64,000 nucleotides of DNA, taken from an uncultured Rivularia sp. Its GTDB lineage: Bacteria; Cyanobacteriota; Cyanobacteriia; Cyanobacteriales; Nostocaceae. Below the pieces are notes generated by a model. It was not told the origin of the DNA. It saw only the letters and a program-made list of their open reading frames with translations, and did no database searches. Positions 12,105-22,828 of the stretch are shown here, one piece after another (within the stretch, counting starts at the first letter, position 1; each line of letters starts with the position of its first letter). The stretch spans positions 3,040,001 to 3,104,000 of the forward strand of contig OY762007.1 of NCBI GenBank assembly GCA_963665115.1, read 5' to 3'. The translations under genes were made by a program, and so were the position numbers.

Positions 12105-13365
12105 TTGTTGCTAAAAAAATGGAGTCCCTTTGTGATTCAATGGAAATCCAATTATACAGGCTCTACCGAACTAAAAGTTAGTGGGTCAAACCCCACAACC
12201 TTATACAATCAAGTCGGTAAAAATCATGCCTTAACAACAGAATCAGAGCGTCATAGTTCGGAAGTATCTAATTATGATTTAAAGGTAAAAGAAACGATTA
12301 GCGAGGGAAAGAGTAATTATGCTCTGAGAAAAGCGAATCACGATTTAATAGTCTCAACGACGTTGCAGGCTAAAGGATATACGCTCAATAGCTTTGAAAA
12401 TGATGTTCCCAAGGTTTTGGTCGTTGATGACCATGCTGCGAGTCGGATGACCGCTGTAGCCCTTTTAGGAATGGAAGGTTACGAAGTTATTGAAGCCGAA
12501 AACGGTTCTGCTGCCGTGCATTTGGTAAGCGAAAAACAACCGGATTTGATTTTACTTGATGTAATGATGCCGGAAATGGATGGCTTTGAAGTTTGTCAAC
12601 TGCTCAAGCAGGACGAGCAAACAAGGTTGATCCCCGTGATTTTCATTACGGCTTTGAACGATAGGCGATCGCGAATCCGGGGAATTGAAGTAGGGGCGGA
12701 TGACTTTCTCAGCAAACCCTTTGACAGAGTGGAGTTGGCTGCACGAGTTAAGTCTTTGGTGCGCCAAAAACGTCTGAATGAAGATTTAGATCATGCTGAA
12801 AAAGCGCTGTTTTCCATTGCCAGGGCAATTGAAAGCCGGGACCCCCAACACCGGCGATCATTGCGAACGTTTGGTTAACTTGGGCAAAGCTTTTGGCGAA
12901 TATCTCGGTCTTACACGTTATCAAATTAGGGATTTGATGTGGGGGGGCTATCTTCATGACATCGGTAAAGTTGGTATTCCCGATTCGGTGTTGCTTAAAA
13001 AAGGAAAGCTAACCGCATCGGAGTGGGAAGAAATGAGAAAGCACGTTTTGATTGGGGAAAAAATCTGTCAGCCATTACGCAGTATGCGGGGAGTAATTCC
13101 CATTATCCGCAGCCATCACGAACGGTGGGACGGTAGTGGCTATCCCGACGGACTCAAGGAGGATGAAATTCCTTTCTTGGCCCAGGTGTTTCAAATGATT
13201 GATATTTATGACGCTTTAACAAGTGAAAGACCTTATAAGAAAGCCTTTCCACCAACGGAAGCGTTATCAATTATGGAGGAGGAAACGAATAAAGGCTGGC
13301 GCGACAAAAAACTCATGCAGCAGTTTACTGAATTTATCAGCACCATAAATAACAGCGAATTGTAA
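12105..13365 (+). CDS. Response regulator with an HD-GYP phosphodiesterase domain; apparent +1 frameshift at C5 12842-12846; start uncertain
   Basis: REC motifs (VLVVDD, DLILLDVMMP, KP), then HD-GYP motifs (LHDIGK, HHERWDGSGYPDGL). Removing one C restores ESRDPNTGDH. Confidence 0.9.
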
Positions 13366-13456
13366 GCGATTAACATTTCGGTTTGCGATGTAATCGGGTA
13401 TATTTAAGCCGAAAATAAAATATGCAATCGTATTTATCTATAGCTGTTGGCTGATT

Positions 13457-14806
13457 ATGGTAGTAGTAGCAATTTTAGCGGCTGGACGCGGTACAAGAAT
13501 GAAATCAAACCTACCCAAGGTTTTACATTCTTTGGGAGGAAAATCTCTTGTCGAAAGAGTTATTCAAAGTGTTGAACCGCTGCAACCAGAACGTCGGATA
13601 GCGATCGTTGGGTATCAAGCCGAAGAGGTAAAAACTGCATTAGCGCCGATTTCCGATTTAGAATTTGTCGAACAAACCGTACAATTGGGAACGGGTCATG
13701 CCATCCAGCAATTACTACCTCATTTAGAAGGGTATAAGGGGGACTTGCTTATACTGAATGGAGATGTACCGCTGTTACGCAGCGAAACTCTAAAAAATTT
13801 CTTACAAATCCACCAAAAAAACCAAAATGCGGCTACTGTTCTCACAGCAAAACTTCCCAATCCTAAAGGATATGGGCGAGTTTTTTGCGATGACAACAAT
13901 GTACTACAGCAAATCGTTGAAGACAAAGACTGTACTGCTGCTCAAAGAGAAAATCAGCGTATCAATGCTGGAGTTTACTGTTTTCGCTGGCCAGATTTAG
14001 AAAAGATATTACCTCACTTAGAAGCAAACAACGCCCAAAAAGAATATTATTTGACCGATGCCGCAACTCAAGTCACCCCAGTCATGGCGGTAAATGTAGA
14101 AGATTTCCAAGAAATTGGAGGCATCAACGACCGCTTACAATTATCCGGTGCTTACGACATATTGCAAGCAAGAATCAAAGAAAAATGGATGAAAGCTGGT
14201 GTGACTTTGATAGACTCCGCCAGTATCACTATTGATGAAACAGTAGAATTAGACCCAGACGTAATCATTGAACCCCAAACTCATCTGCGGGGCAATACAG
14301 TTATTAAAGCAGGAAGTCACATTGGTCCGGGAAGCTTAATTGAAAACAGTTTAATTGGTGAAAATGTTACCGCAAGATATTCAGTAATTTCTGATAGCGT
14401 AGTCCAAAAAGAAACCCAAATTGGACCCTACGCTCACTTACGCGGTCATGTAGAAGTAGGTGAAAAATGCCGCGTAGGAAATTTCGTCGAATTGAAAAAT
14501 ACCAAGCTAGGTGACGGAGCCAAAACTGCTCATTTATCTTACTTAGGAGACGCAACCATCGGCACCAAATCAAACATCGGTGGAGGTACGATTACAGCCA
14601 ACTACGACGGCGTTAAAAAACATCGAACGATAATTGGCAACAACACCGGAACTGGTTGCAACAGCGTTCTAATTGCACCAATCACTATCGGTGATAATGC
14701 ATACGTAGCCGCCGGTTCAACAATTACAGAAGATGTCCCCGACAACAGTTTAGTTATTGCTCGTCAGCGGCAAACCGTTAAAGAAGGCTGGGAGATGAAG
14801 AAGTAA
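13457..14806 (+). CDS. glmU: Bifunctional UDP-GlcNAc pyrophosphorylase / glucosamine-1-P acetyltransferase
   Basis: [22 protein letters not shown] motifs; hexapeptide LbH repeats; ANYDG. Confidence 0.97.
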   Translation: MVVVAILAAGRGTRMKSNLPKVLHSLGGKSLVERVIQSVEPLQPERRIAIVGYQAEEVKTALAPISDLEFVEQTVQLGTGHAIQQLLPHLEGYKGDLLILNGDVPLLRSETLKNFLQIHQKNQNAATVLTAKLPNPKGYGRVFCDDNNVLQQIVEDKDCTAAQRENQRINAGVYCFRWPDLEKILPHLEANNAQKEYYLTDAATQVTPVMAVNVEDFQEIGGINDRLQLSGAYDILQARIKEKWMKAGVTLIDSASITIDETVELDPDVIIEPQTHLRGNTVIKAGSHIGPGSLIENSLIGENVTARYSVISDSVVQKETQIGPYAHLRGHVEVGEKCRVGNFVELKNTKLGDGAKTAHLSYLGDATIGTKSNIGGGTITANYDGVKKHRTIIGNNTGTGCNSVLIAPITIGDNAYVAAGSTITEDVPDNSLVIARQRQTVKEGWEMKK

Positions 14807-14810
14807 GAGA

Positions 14811-14997
14811 TGGGGTAGAGGGTAGAGGAGGTAGAGGGGGCAGAGGGGGTAGAGGGGGCAGAGGGGGTAGAGGGGGTAGAGGGGGTAGAGGGGGTAGATA
14901 GGGAGCAAGATGCTCCCACTAGCAATGCCCAATCCCCAATCCCCAATCCCCAATTACCAATTACCAATTACCAATTACCAATTACCAATTACCAATT
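14811..14997. repeat. Intergenic repeat block: 9-mer GGGGTAGAG-type array, palindromic GGGAGCAAGATGCTCCC element, CCAATCC/CCAATTA heptamers (STRR-type)
   Basis: Seen directly. The palindromic element recurs inverted at ~54520-54540. Confidence 0.9.
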
Positions 14998-14998
14998 C

Positions 14999-15994
14999 TT
15001 AACAATTTCCAATCTGCATCTCTCCCGATACTTCTAATGTATCGCCGATGTTTTCGCCGTCGTGGTAAGCAGCAAGTAAGACTTCACTGGTTTTACCCCA
15101 AGCAATTGTTCCTTTCGCATCAAGGGCGATCGCACCCAAGTCTCGCTTATTTTGTTGCGATTCAGCAAAGGAACGCTGCATGGCATCTTCAAGGCTCATC
15201 CCATCAGCTACGCGCACTACAATTCTTGGTGCCAAACATTCATCGATAATATCTTCGCCAATACCGGTACAGCTTACTGCCGCTTCATTGGTAGCGTAGT
15301 TACCTGCTGGCATGGCAGAATCACTCACACGTCCGATGCGCTCGAAACCTTTACCACCTGTAGAAGTTCCAACTGATAAATTTCCTTGACTATCTAAAGC
15401 AACTACGCCAATAGTGCCGCGTCGGGCGTTGCCGTTCGATACAAGTTCTTTCTCGGCTACTACTCCAGCCATCGTTTTTTGAAAGTTGCCTTGCCGTTCT
15501 TGCAGCCATTCTTCTAAACGCAAGTCAGTTAAAGGATTGTAACTAGGAATCTGTAACTCCCGCGCTAGTTCAGCAGCACCATAGTCCGAAAGAACTCGGT
15601 CTGGAGAACTTTGTAAAACTTGCGCTAAATCGATCGGATTTTGTATTCGCGTAATATTAATTACACCGCTAAAGCTTTGTTTCGTACCATCCATCAAAGC
15701 AGCACTCATGCGGACTTGGCCATCAGATTGCAGCACGGAACCAGTACCAGCATTAAAACAAGAGTCATCTTCTAACATTTGACAACCCTTGACTACCGCT
15801 TCACTTGCACTACCTCCCGACATCAGCAGAGAATAAACTTCCTCTACTACCTTATAAAGAGAGCGGCGTACCCTTTCCACTCCTCCTTTACCTTGAAGAG
15901 AGCTACCAGCTCCACCGTGAATAATTAATTTAGGTTGCACCAAGAGATTCATTTTTATTAGTTTTGTGTAAGTCTTATAGGGATTTATTGACAA
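14999..15994 (-). CDS. iaaA: Isoaspartyl peptidase / L-asparaginase (Ntn hydrolase); start probably at the later Met (MNLLVQPK)
   Basis: IIHGGAG, FNAGTGS, GTIGVVALD, TSTGG, GRVSDS and TGIGE motifs. Confidence 0.9.
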   Translation of the reverse strand: MSINPYKTYTKLIKMNLLVQPKLIIHGGAGSSLQGKGGVERVRRSLYKVVEEVYSLLMSGGSASEAVVKGCQMLEDDSCFNAGTGSVLQSDGQVRMSAALMDGTKQSFSGVINITRIQNPIDLAQVLQSSPDRVLSDYGAAELARELQIPSYNPLTDLRLEEWLQERQGNFQKTMAGVVAEKELVSNGNARRGTIGVVALDSQGNLSVGTSTGGKGFERIGRVSDSAMPAGNYATNEAAVSCTGIGEDIIDECLAPRIVVRVADGMSLEDAMQRSFAESQQNKRDLGAIALDAKGTIAWGKTSEVLLAAYHDGENIGDTLEVSGEMQIGNC

Positions 15995-16112
15995 TTAACA
16001 ATTAATAAGACGAGAAGAAGATTAATTACTTTCTCTTTCTTCTTCTACTTACTCTTAGAGATATTGAGAATCAATATTTACAATTATCTCAGTTCCCAGC
16101 ACTTAAGTTTCA

Positions 16113-16271
16113 CTATTTTTTATCAGCTTCCGAACGCCGACGACGGCAACGTTCGGAACAATATTTTACGTCATCCCAGCAATCTGCCCATTTTTTGCGC
16201 CAAGTAAAAGGACGCTGACACACCGGACATATTTTGGATGGTAAATCCGATTTAGAACGGTTGCGTCCCAT
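16113..16271 (-). CDS. DUF2256-family small Cys-rich protein (52 aa; not in the ORF track)
   Basis: Translated by hand: MGRNRSKSDLPSKICPVCQRPFTWRKKWADCWDDVKYCSERCRRRRSEADKK. LP.K.C..C.RPF.WRKKW...W..VKYCS.RCR is the DUF2256 signature. Confidence 0.9.
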   Translation of the reverse strand: MGRNRSKSDLPSKICPVCQRPFTWRKKWADCWDDVKYCSERCRRRRSEADKK

Positions 16272-16493
16272 GAGAATTTTGCATTATCGCGACAGTTTGA
16301 TTCGCTAATTATAACCAGGGGATGGGGTAGATAGGGAGACAAGGGGACATTATTAAAGTAGTGAGTAATAAGTAGTGAGTAAAAATAGAAGTAAGACGGC
16401 AGCGACATTTATGACAACAATAATAAAAAGTGATTTACTTGCTACTCTCTACTCATAACTCCTTACTCCTAACTATTCCTAATCCCCAATTCT

Positions 16494-19385
16494 CTATTCA
16501 ATCGGTAAAAGCAAACGACTAACCACCCTAGCATCTGGTAATTGATAAAAATCTAATTGTCCTTCAAGTTGCTGGATCAATTTCTTGCATATTAATAAGT
16601 GCTTTATGGTTGGTTGTTCTCGCTTGGAAGGAGCAAGTACGTCTTTGACAGTATCTTGCTGTAATTCTTCTAATAACTGGGGATGAATTGTACCGTTGTC
16701 TGTAATAGATAGTTCCAAGATTTGCTCTTCCGAACGACGACACCAAATATCGATTCTTCCGCCATCCTGAGAACGATGACAAGCTGCAATTAACAATTCG
16801 CTTAAAATTAACTTAATTTTTACAATGTCGCCGCTTATGGTTATTTGTGAATTAGATATAAGGGAATCATCAGTATATGACTCCTCACCCTCGGACTTTT
16901 GTCCCAAGCCATGTACTCCGATCCAAAGTTTGTGATGCTTGAACAGTTTGTTAACTCCTTTCAAACAATCATTGATTAAACTTGCTATTGCTACCGTTTC
17001 TCTACCAAAAACGAATTGCCACTGTTCGAGCTTTAATAATGCAGTTGTTGAAGCAACAGTATTATCTAACTGTCGTAGCAATTGCTGATAGCGTGTTAAA
17101 GTTACTTGATTATCCGGAACACCTAAGTCGTGCATTTGACTCAGTAATGTTACGGTACTGTGACGAATATCTTCAAAACGCCGATGCTTATACCAATTTA
17201 ACTGCTGTAATTCCACGTTTTGTGAGTGAAGAAGTTGTGTCACTTGTTGTTGCCGACGCGACCAAGCTAATTGATTGACAAGAGTTTCTAGAGCATCTAA
17301 AGTTTCTGAGGACCATTGTCTTTCGGGGTAATCTGCCATCAAGATTATGCCCGTAGGCTCATATTCGTGGCTCGTGCGTAGAGCTATAAGCAAAATTTCC
17401 CCAATTCCAGAACCGCAAAGCCATTCTGCGGTAGATTCTGGTAAATCCGAGGCATTAAGGCTGACTAAACCCTCATTAGCGAGTGCGGAGTTGATCGCTA
17501 CATCGGTTTGGAGGGGTATAGCTGTATCGGCATCAACTGTAAAATTATTATTAGCAATAAACCCAGGTATAATTTGTGCAAATTCATCGCCAGGATTCCA
17601 AGATAAAAGCAAAGTTAAAGGACAGTTGAGAATTGTAGCTATTTGTTCGAGTACTACAGTTTCGGGTTGTTTTTCTGCTTCATTAACTAAGTAATCTTGT
17701 ATGGGTTCGAGAATGCGTAAACTTTGCACAAAGGTATGCCAAATTTGTTGCTGATGTTGGTTTTGTTGATAAAGTTGCCACTGACGAACAATTGCTCCGA
17801 GTTGTTGAGCAACGGCTTGTACTAACTCCTTCTCTACAGTTGTCCAAGAGCGATTGTTTTCACTGCCAATAATTAGAATCGCATTACTCATATTTTGAGC
17901 AGCGCAGTTGCTAACCAAAACCGAACGCAATCCAGCTTGGAGTAAGGAAGAACGCCAGTTAAAGAATCGTAAATCCTCTTCTAAATTCTCTACACCTACA
18001 GCTTGTGTCGAACGCTCTAAAAGTTGTGCGTCTACTTCCTTTAATCGATCCAAAGTAAAGTTTAAAGGTTTGCGTAACACCTTTGGTGTCATGCTTTGCA
18101 TATCGCCTTTCGGTTGGCTTTGGTAAAAAAGGCTGTATTCAGATACTTCTACTTCTTGGTCGCAAAACAATAATAAAAATCTAGTTGCAGCTAATCTTTT
18201 TAAAACTTTTGCCGCACAGTCATGTAAAACTTGCTCAATATTTTCGTCGTTATAAATACCTTCTACAATCTGGCTTTTAAGTTGAGCGTCTTCTTGAATT
18301 TCTTGGATAGTGGTTTCCATATTTTTGGTGAGGGAAACCAACGAAATTAACCCCGCAGCACCTTTAACAAAGTTTTTATCTACTTCCGTCCACATACGAG
18401 GTTCTTTACCTTCCACCGCCAAAAATCCTAACAAGTCCTTTTGCCAAAGAATTGGAGCAACCAGAAGACTTCTTGCATCAATTTGTTTGAGAAGTCTCTT
18501 AGTACTATAGCTTTTCAGCGAACTACGTCCTTCCCCAATCCAAACAAGTTGATTCGCCGACAAAGCATAATAAAAATCGCTTAAATCTTCCACCGTTACG
18601 GCGGTTTGTGCTTTCTTTTGATTCGATTTACCTAAGTTCAAATATTGAGTGCTGATTCTACGCCAAAAACGACGTTTTTGGGGATCGAACCAGTAAACGT
18701 TTGTTCGAGTTGGCAGTAGGAACTGATGAGTCGCAGAGACTACAGCCTCTAACCTTTGTTCTAAAGTTGCCAGAGTTCTTAATTTTTCTAGCAGTCGCAG
18801 CAATACCTCGTCTGGACGCTTAGTTTGCTTGTATTGCGAATCTATTTCCAGTCGAAAAAGTGCGGCTGCGAGTTCTCCTAACACAATCATCAATTGCGAT
18901 CTAGCTTCGCTACCTATTAAGTAACCCCAGCGTTTTGAACCCAGCATTACCACACCCAAACAACGATCTTTGTGGCGGATGGGTAACATAATTGTTCCTT
19001 GGATATCGAACTTCGTAGCAATTTCTTGCCATCCTTCCGCCCGTTTTTCCATTCGTAAATCCGCTACACCCATTGGACGCTGCTGGATGACGACTTGTTC
19101 TAACAAATCTCCTGGACTCAAAACTACCCGTTGTTGCAAATAACTATTTTCACTATCGGGTGTAGCACCGCCTTTGCCGAACAATATATGATTGAGACGG
19201 TCATAAAGAGCAATCCAAATTAAAGAATAATCAAATTGCTCCTTTAAATATAAGATGGTCTTTTCAATCAGAACCTCAGCATTATCCTCTTCCCTCAAAA
19301 TTTGAAGGATGCGCCCCAAAGAGAAAAGTTGCTGCTCTGCGGGTGTAAATTTTTGATGCTGCCTCATCTGATTATTGGTAAACAT
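16494..19385 (-). CDS. Multi-GAF sensor with a degenerate histidine-kinase-like C-terminus
   Basis: Several GAF-like segments (LPIRHKDRCLGVV, LVAPIL...LGFL). The HATPase-like part has ITDNG but non-canonical N and G2 boxes. Confidence 0.75.
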   Translation of the reverse strand: MFTNNQMRQHQKFTPAEQQLFSLGRILQILREEDNAEVLIEKTILYLKEQFDYSLIWIALYDRLNHILFGKGGATPDSENSYLQQRVVLSPGDLLEQVVIQQRPMGVADLRMEKRAEGWQEIATKFDIQGTIMLPIRHKDRCLGVVMLGSKRWGYLIGSEARSQLMIVLGELAAALFRLEIDSQYKQTKRPDEVLLRLLEKLRTLATLEQRLEAVVSATHQFLLPTRTNVYWFDPQKRRFWRRISTQYLNLGKSNQKKAQTAVTVEDLSDFYYALSANQLVWIGEGRSSLKSYSTKRLLKQIDARSLLVAPILWQKDLLGFLAVEGKEPRMWTEVDKNFVKGAAGLISLVSLTKNMETTIQEIQEDAQLKSQIVEGIYNDENIEQVLHDCAAKVLKRLAATRFLLLFCDQEVEVSEYSLFYQSQPKGDMQSMTPKVLRKPLNFTLDRLKEVDAQLLERSTQAVGVENLEEDLRFFNWRSSLLQAGLRSVLVSNCAAQNMSNAILIIGSENNRSWTTVEKELVQAVAQQLGAIVRQWQLYQQNQHQQQIWHTFVQSLRILEPIQDYLVNEAEKQPETVVLEQIATILNCPLTLLLSWNPGDEFAQIIPGFIANNNFTVDADTAIPLQTDVAINSALANEGLVSLNASDLPESTAEWLCGSGIGEILLIALRTSHEYEPTGIILMADYPERQWSSETLDALETLVNQLAWSRRQQQVTQLLHSQNVELQQLNWYKHRRFEDIRHSTVTLLSQMHDLGVPDNQVTLTRYQQLLRQLDNTVASTTALLKLEQWQFVFGRETVAIASLINDCLKGVNKLFKHHKLWIGVHGLGQKSEGEESYTDDSLISNSQITISGDIVKIKLILSELLIAACHRSQDGGRIDIWCRRSEEQILELSITDNGTIHPQLLEELQQDTVKDVLAPSKREQPTIKHLLICKKLIQQLEGQLDFYQLPDARVVSRLLLPIE

Positions 19386-19557
19386 AGCCTGTTACCATAT
19401 AAGGTGCCCAAAAAATTGCCTTAACTTTAAGTTTCAATTATTTTCAGATGGAGAAAGTGGGAAATGGGGAGACAAGGTGAAGAATTTCTAACTACCTACT
19501 CTTAACTCCTAATTCCTAACTAAAAACCGTAATTCTATTTTATTTTTTTAAACTAAA

Positions 19558-20709
19558 TTGGATATTTATCAAGTTGCACTACGTCCGCTCTTATTCAATC
19601 TAATCAAAGCAGACCCCGAAAACTTGCATTCTAAGACAATTCGCACTTTAGAGTGGTTAGGAAATAGTGGATTTCGCCCACCTGCAAGTTTAGTAAAAAG
19701 TCGCTTACAGCAATCGTTTGGTCTGCAAGATTCGCGTTTGTCACAATCTTTGTTTGGACTGCAATTTCCCAATCCCGTAGGTTTAGCAGCCGGATTTGAT
19801 AAAGATGGTGTTGCTACTCCTATGTGGTCAAGTTTGGGTTTCGGTTTCGCAGAAATTGGAACTGTAACATCACTTGCTCAGCCGGGAAATCCTCGTCCCC
19901 GTTTGTTTCGCTTACCTAACGATGAAGCCGCTCTTAACCGCATGGGTTTTAATAACTGCGGTGCGGAGGCAATGGCAGCACGTTTAGCGAAGCTCACTTC
20001 AAAGCCAAATCCATTAATTCCTATCGGTATAAATTTAGGTAAATCTAAAGTAACACCTTTAGAAGAAGCGGCTAATGATTATCGTCACAGCTTTAGCTTA
20101 CTGCAAAATCACGGTGATTACTTTGTAGTAAATGTTTCTTCACCAAACACCCCAGGATTGCGAAAATTGCAAGATGCGGCGATGCTAAGTTCTATCTTGG
20201 ATGCTTTGCACGAAGAAAATAATTTAAAAAAACCAATCCAAAAACCAATTTTTGTCAAAATTGCACCGGATTTGGAATGGGAAGCGATCGCAGAAATTGT
20301 TTCCTTAGCTCAAAGTTATAAATTGGCAGGAATTATCGCCACTAATACAACAATTAAGCGTGAAGGATTAAAGACTCAAATACTGGCTCAAACTGGTAAA
20401 TCGCTATTAGAAGAAGCAGGTGGAATCAGCGGAAAACCAGTAAGAGAACGTTCCACAGAGGTAGTTAGGTATATTTGGCAACAAAGTAAAGGGGAAATTC
20501 CTATTATCGGCGTTGGTGGTATTTTCACCGCAGAAGACGCTTGGGACAAAATTACTGCTGGTGCGTGCTTAGTCCAAATTTATACTGGCTGGGTTTATCA
20601 AGGGCCAGGAATGATACGCCGTATTCTCCAAGGTTTGCTTTTGAAATTAGAAGAAAACGGATTGAATTCCATTACTGAAGCTGTGGGATTAGCAGTAAAA
20701 AATAGTTAG
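19558..20709 (+). CDS. pyrD: Dihydroorotate dehydrogenase (quinone, class 2)
   Basis: NPVGLAAGFDK, NRMGFNN, VNVSSPNTPGLR, KIAPD and GGISG motifs. Confidence 0.97.
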   Translation: MDIYQVALRPLLFNLIKADPENLHSKTIRTLEWLGNSGFRPPASLVKSRLQQSFGLQDSRLSQSLFGLQFPNPVGLAAGFDKDGVATPMWSSLGFGFAEIGTVTSLAQPGNPRPRLFRLPNDEAALNRMGFNNCGAEAMAARLAKLTSKPNPLIPIGINLGKSKVTPLEEAANDYRHSFSLLQNHGDYFVVNVSSPNTPGLRKLQDAAMLSSILDALHEENNLKKPIQKPIFVKIAPDLEWEAIAEIVSLAQSYKLAGIIATNTTIKREGLKTQILAQTGKSLLEEAGGISGKPVRERSTEVVRYIWQQSKGEIPIIGVGGIFTAEDAWDKITAGACLVQIYTGWVYQGPGMIRRILQGLLLKLEENGLNSITEAVGLAVKNS

Positions 20710-20833
20710 TTGTTAGTTGTTAGTTGTTAGTTATTCCCCATTCCCTTTTTAAACAAAACAAAGGGTGCATTCGCTGTTACTCAATTAAGAACCGCTACAA
20801 AATATGCACCCAAAAATTTGAAATTAACTTCTA

Positions 20834-21605
20834 TTAACTTGAGACTTTGCTTTCGTCTTCCACTGGGAAAAACTCCTTAGTATCCGGAGAAAAAGTCCAA
20901 GCAATTCCATCTGGATCTTTATTGCGACTCCATTCAGGAAATGCTGGATCGTCTCTACGCTTGAACACCGTACTGGAATATACTCCTAAACGTTTAGCAA
21001 GCTCAGATTGAATCAACGAACCCAAGAACAATTGTTTTTCCAGAGGCTTTACGTGTTCTGCTTGTTCTACCTGTTCTAAAGTCTCCTCCGGTAACTCCTC
21101 CTCCACATTTACTAATTCAACAACAGGTTTCTTCTTCAACTGTTACCGGGATAGGTTCGAGAAGTTCTTTGTTTAAAGTCGCAACGGGTGCATTACTAAA
21201 GTCGATTTCTGGTTCGCTACTATCAAGGATGCTGCCCAAAGTATTAGCAGTCATAAAGTAGTAAACTTTGTTGCCATCATCCGAATCAGCAATACTCGCG
21301 CCAAATTCAGAAGCTTTAGTATCTAAGTAGCGCTTTGCCTTTCCTCCGTTGAAATTACCGCGCAAAGCTAAATCCATAGGGGTCATTCTGCCTTGGTTTT
21401 CCCCAATTAATTGTTGAAAAACCGGATTCACCTTATTGCACCATTTTTGCCATTGATAGGTTCGCCACAAATTGAACCCGACAACTACGGCAAAGAATCC
21501 CAGCAAAACCCGCCAAGCAGAAACTAGGAAGATAATTAAAAACGAAAGTGGCAAAAGTAGGAGCAAAAAACCTTTGCCCGAGGTTTCTAGTGTTTTTTCG
21601 CTCAT
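20834..21605 (-). CDS. Hypothetical membrane-anchored protein with a C-terminal HTH-like segment; split by an apparent +1 frameshift at 21128-21130
   Basis: Two N-terminal TM segments. Removing one A from GAAACC joins ORFs 21117-21605 and 20834-21139 (VEEEPVVELV). C-terminal LIQSELAKRLGVYSSTV. Confidence 0.7.
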
Positions 21606-22136
21606 GCCTAATTTATTGCTAATTGATTTATTTTAGGAAATATTATCATCTTGGCAAAAATTGGGACATTAATTTGTATTGCTTGTAGATTTGCTGGTTT
21701 TTTTTGGCAAAAACTGACTTTGTTTATAGTCGTAAATTCGCCAATATTTAGCTAAAAAACCTTTATCAGCTTATATTTACGAAGTTTAAAATAGGTTTTG
21801 CAAAAAAATTAAGAAGATTACATTTAGGCAAAGCTGGGAAATGAAGTAATTAGCGATACAATTACATACTGAAAATCAGTAGTAATCCAACATCCGAGTT
21901 TTGATTACAACTTTAAATAAATATGACGGTGAAAACATCTTACTGGTTAAAAAAAGCGGGCTAGTACTCCGCCACATTAATTTTAAGAGGTTCGTAGTTG
22001 GGCTTCAGCCCCTCATATTAGAGAATTCGGAGGGGCTGAAGCCCAACTACAAGCCTTTATTCCCCCTCTTTCCCTCACCCGGCATTTTTTTATGAGAACA
22101 CTAAAAGCCAACACTACAAATTCCTGAGTCAACATC

Positions 22137-22165
22137 TTGACATCTCATAATACACATACTACATT
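22137..22165 (+). promoter_or_regulatory. Putative sigma70-type promoter for the tRNA-like array / TROVE operon
   Basis: TTGACA (22137-22142), 17 nt, TACATT (22160-22165); ~140 nt upstream of the first unit. Confidence 0.55.
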
Positions 22166-22306
22166 AATAATACAGAGCGAAAAACACAGCACAAATTAGT
22201 AAAACTGCCTTCTATATTTGACTGCTGCGATATATTTTTCAATCTCTTTTAAACAAGCATTATTTACGCAAGGAAGTAATGTATTAAAAAATTAGAATTT
22301 CGTATG

Positions 22307-22447
22307 TAACGGGTGGCGGAAATAGTAGACGCGCTAATTTAAACCTTGATTTAACAACTTGCCCAACTTCCACGTTAGGACGAAGAATCTAGGGTTATCG
22401 GGATTTAGTAACTAATAGTTGTGCAGGTGCAAATCCTGTCCCGTTAC
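22307..22447 (+). ncRNA. tRNA-like element 1 (Leu-like scaffold) with the conserved module in the anticodon arm; putative Y-like RNA
   Basis: Acceptor TAACGGG/CCCGTTA; Leu-type D region TGGCGGAAATAGTAGACGCG; variable arm AACT-AAT-AGTT; T arm GCAGG-TGCAAAT-CCTGT; module CAACTTGCC..GGACGAAG..AGGGTTATCG. Confidence 0.85.
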
Positions 22448-22491
22448 ACAAAACATTCAGAATTTAGATATTCAAAATCTAAAACATTCAA

Positions 22492-22621
22492 GCAGGGATA
22501 GTTTAGCAGCCTAGAACGCCGTAAATATCCTTATTCACAACTTGCCCCATTGGGGACGCAGAATTTAGGGTTATCGCCTTCCACGCCGGAGACGCGGGTG
22601 CAAATCCCGTTCCCTGTTCCA
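22492..22621 (+). ncRNA. tRNA-like element 2 (Gly-like scaffold, encoded CCA) with the conserved module; putative Y-like RNA
   Basis: Acceptor GCAGGGA/TCCCTGT then T then CCA; D arm GTTT/GAAC; T arm GCGGG-TGCAAAT-CCCGT; residual loop CTTCCAC. Confidence 0.85.
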
Positions 22622-22657
22622 ATTAATTTAGGTTTTGAATTTTGAATTGTTTTTTAA

Positions 22658-22801
22658 GAAGGGGTTGCCAAGTGATAAGGCAGCGGAAGGGTAAATTAAT
22701 TATCCTTATTCCTTGATTAACAACTTGCCCGTTTAAGGGACGAATATCAAGGGTTATCGTGATTTCGCCATTCGCAGGTTTGAATCCTGCCCCCTTCACC
22801 A
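22658..22801 (+). ncRNA. tRNA-like element 3 (His/Gln-like scaffold, encoded CCA) with the conserved module; putative Y-like RNA
   Basis: Acceptor GAAGGGG/CCCCTTC then A then CCA; D region GCCAAGTGATAAGGC; anticodon stem GCGGA/TTCGC; T arm GCAGG-TTTGAAT-CCTGC. Confidence 0.85.
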
Positions 22802-22828
22802 ACAAATCTAAAATCCAGAATATTCATG

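Noticed and set aside
16129..16160. Hairpin TTCCGAACG...CGTTCGGAA as a possible ncRNA
   Set aside because: It lies within the DUF2256 coding sequence (CSERCRRRRSE), with no other support.
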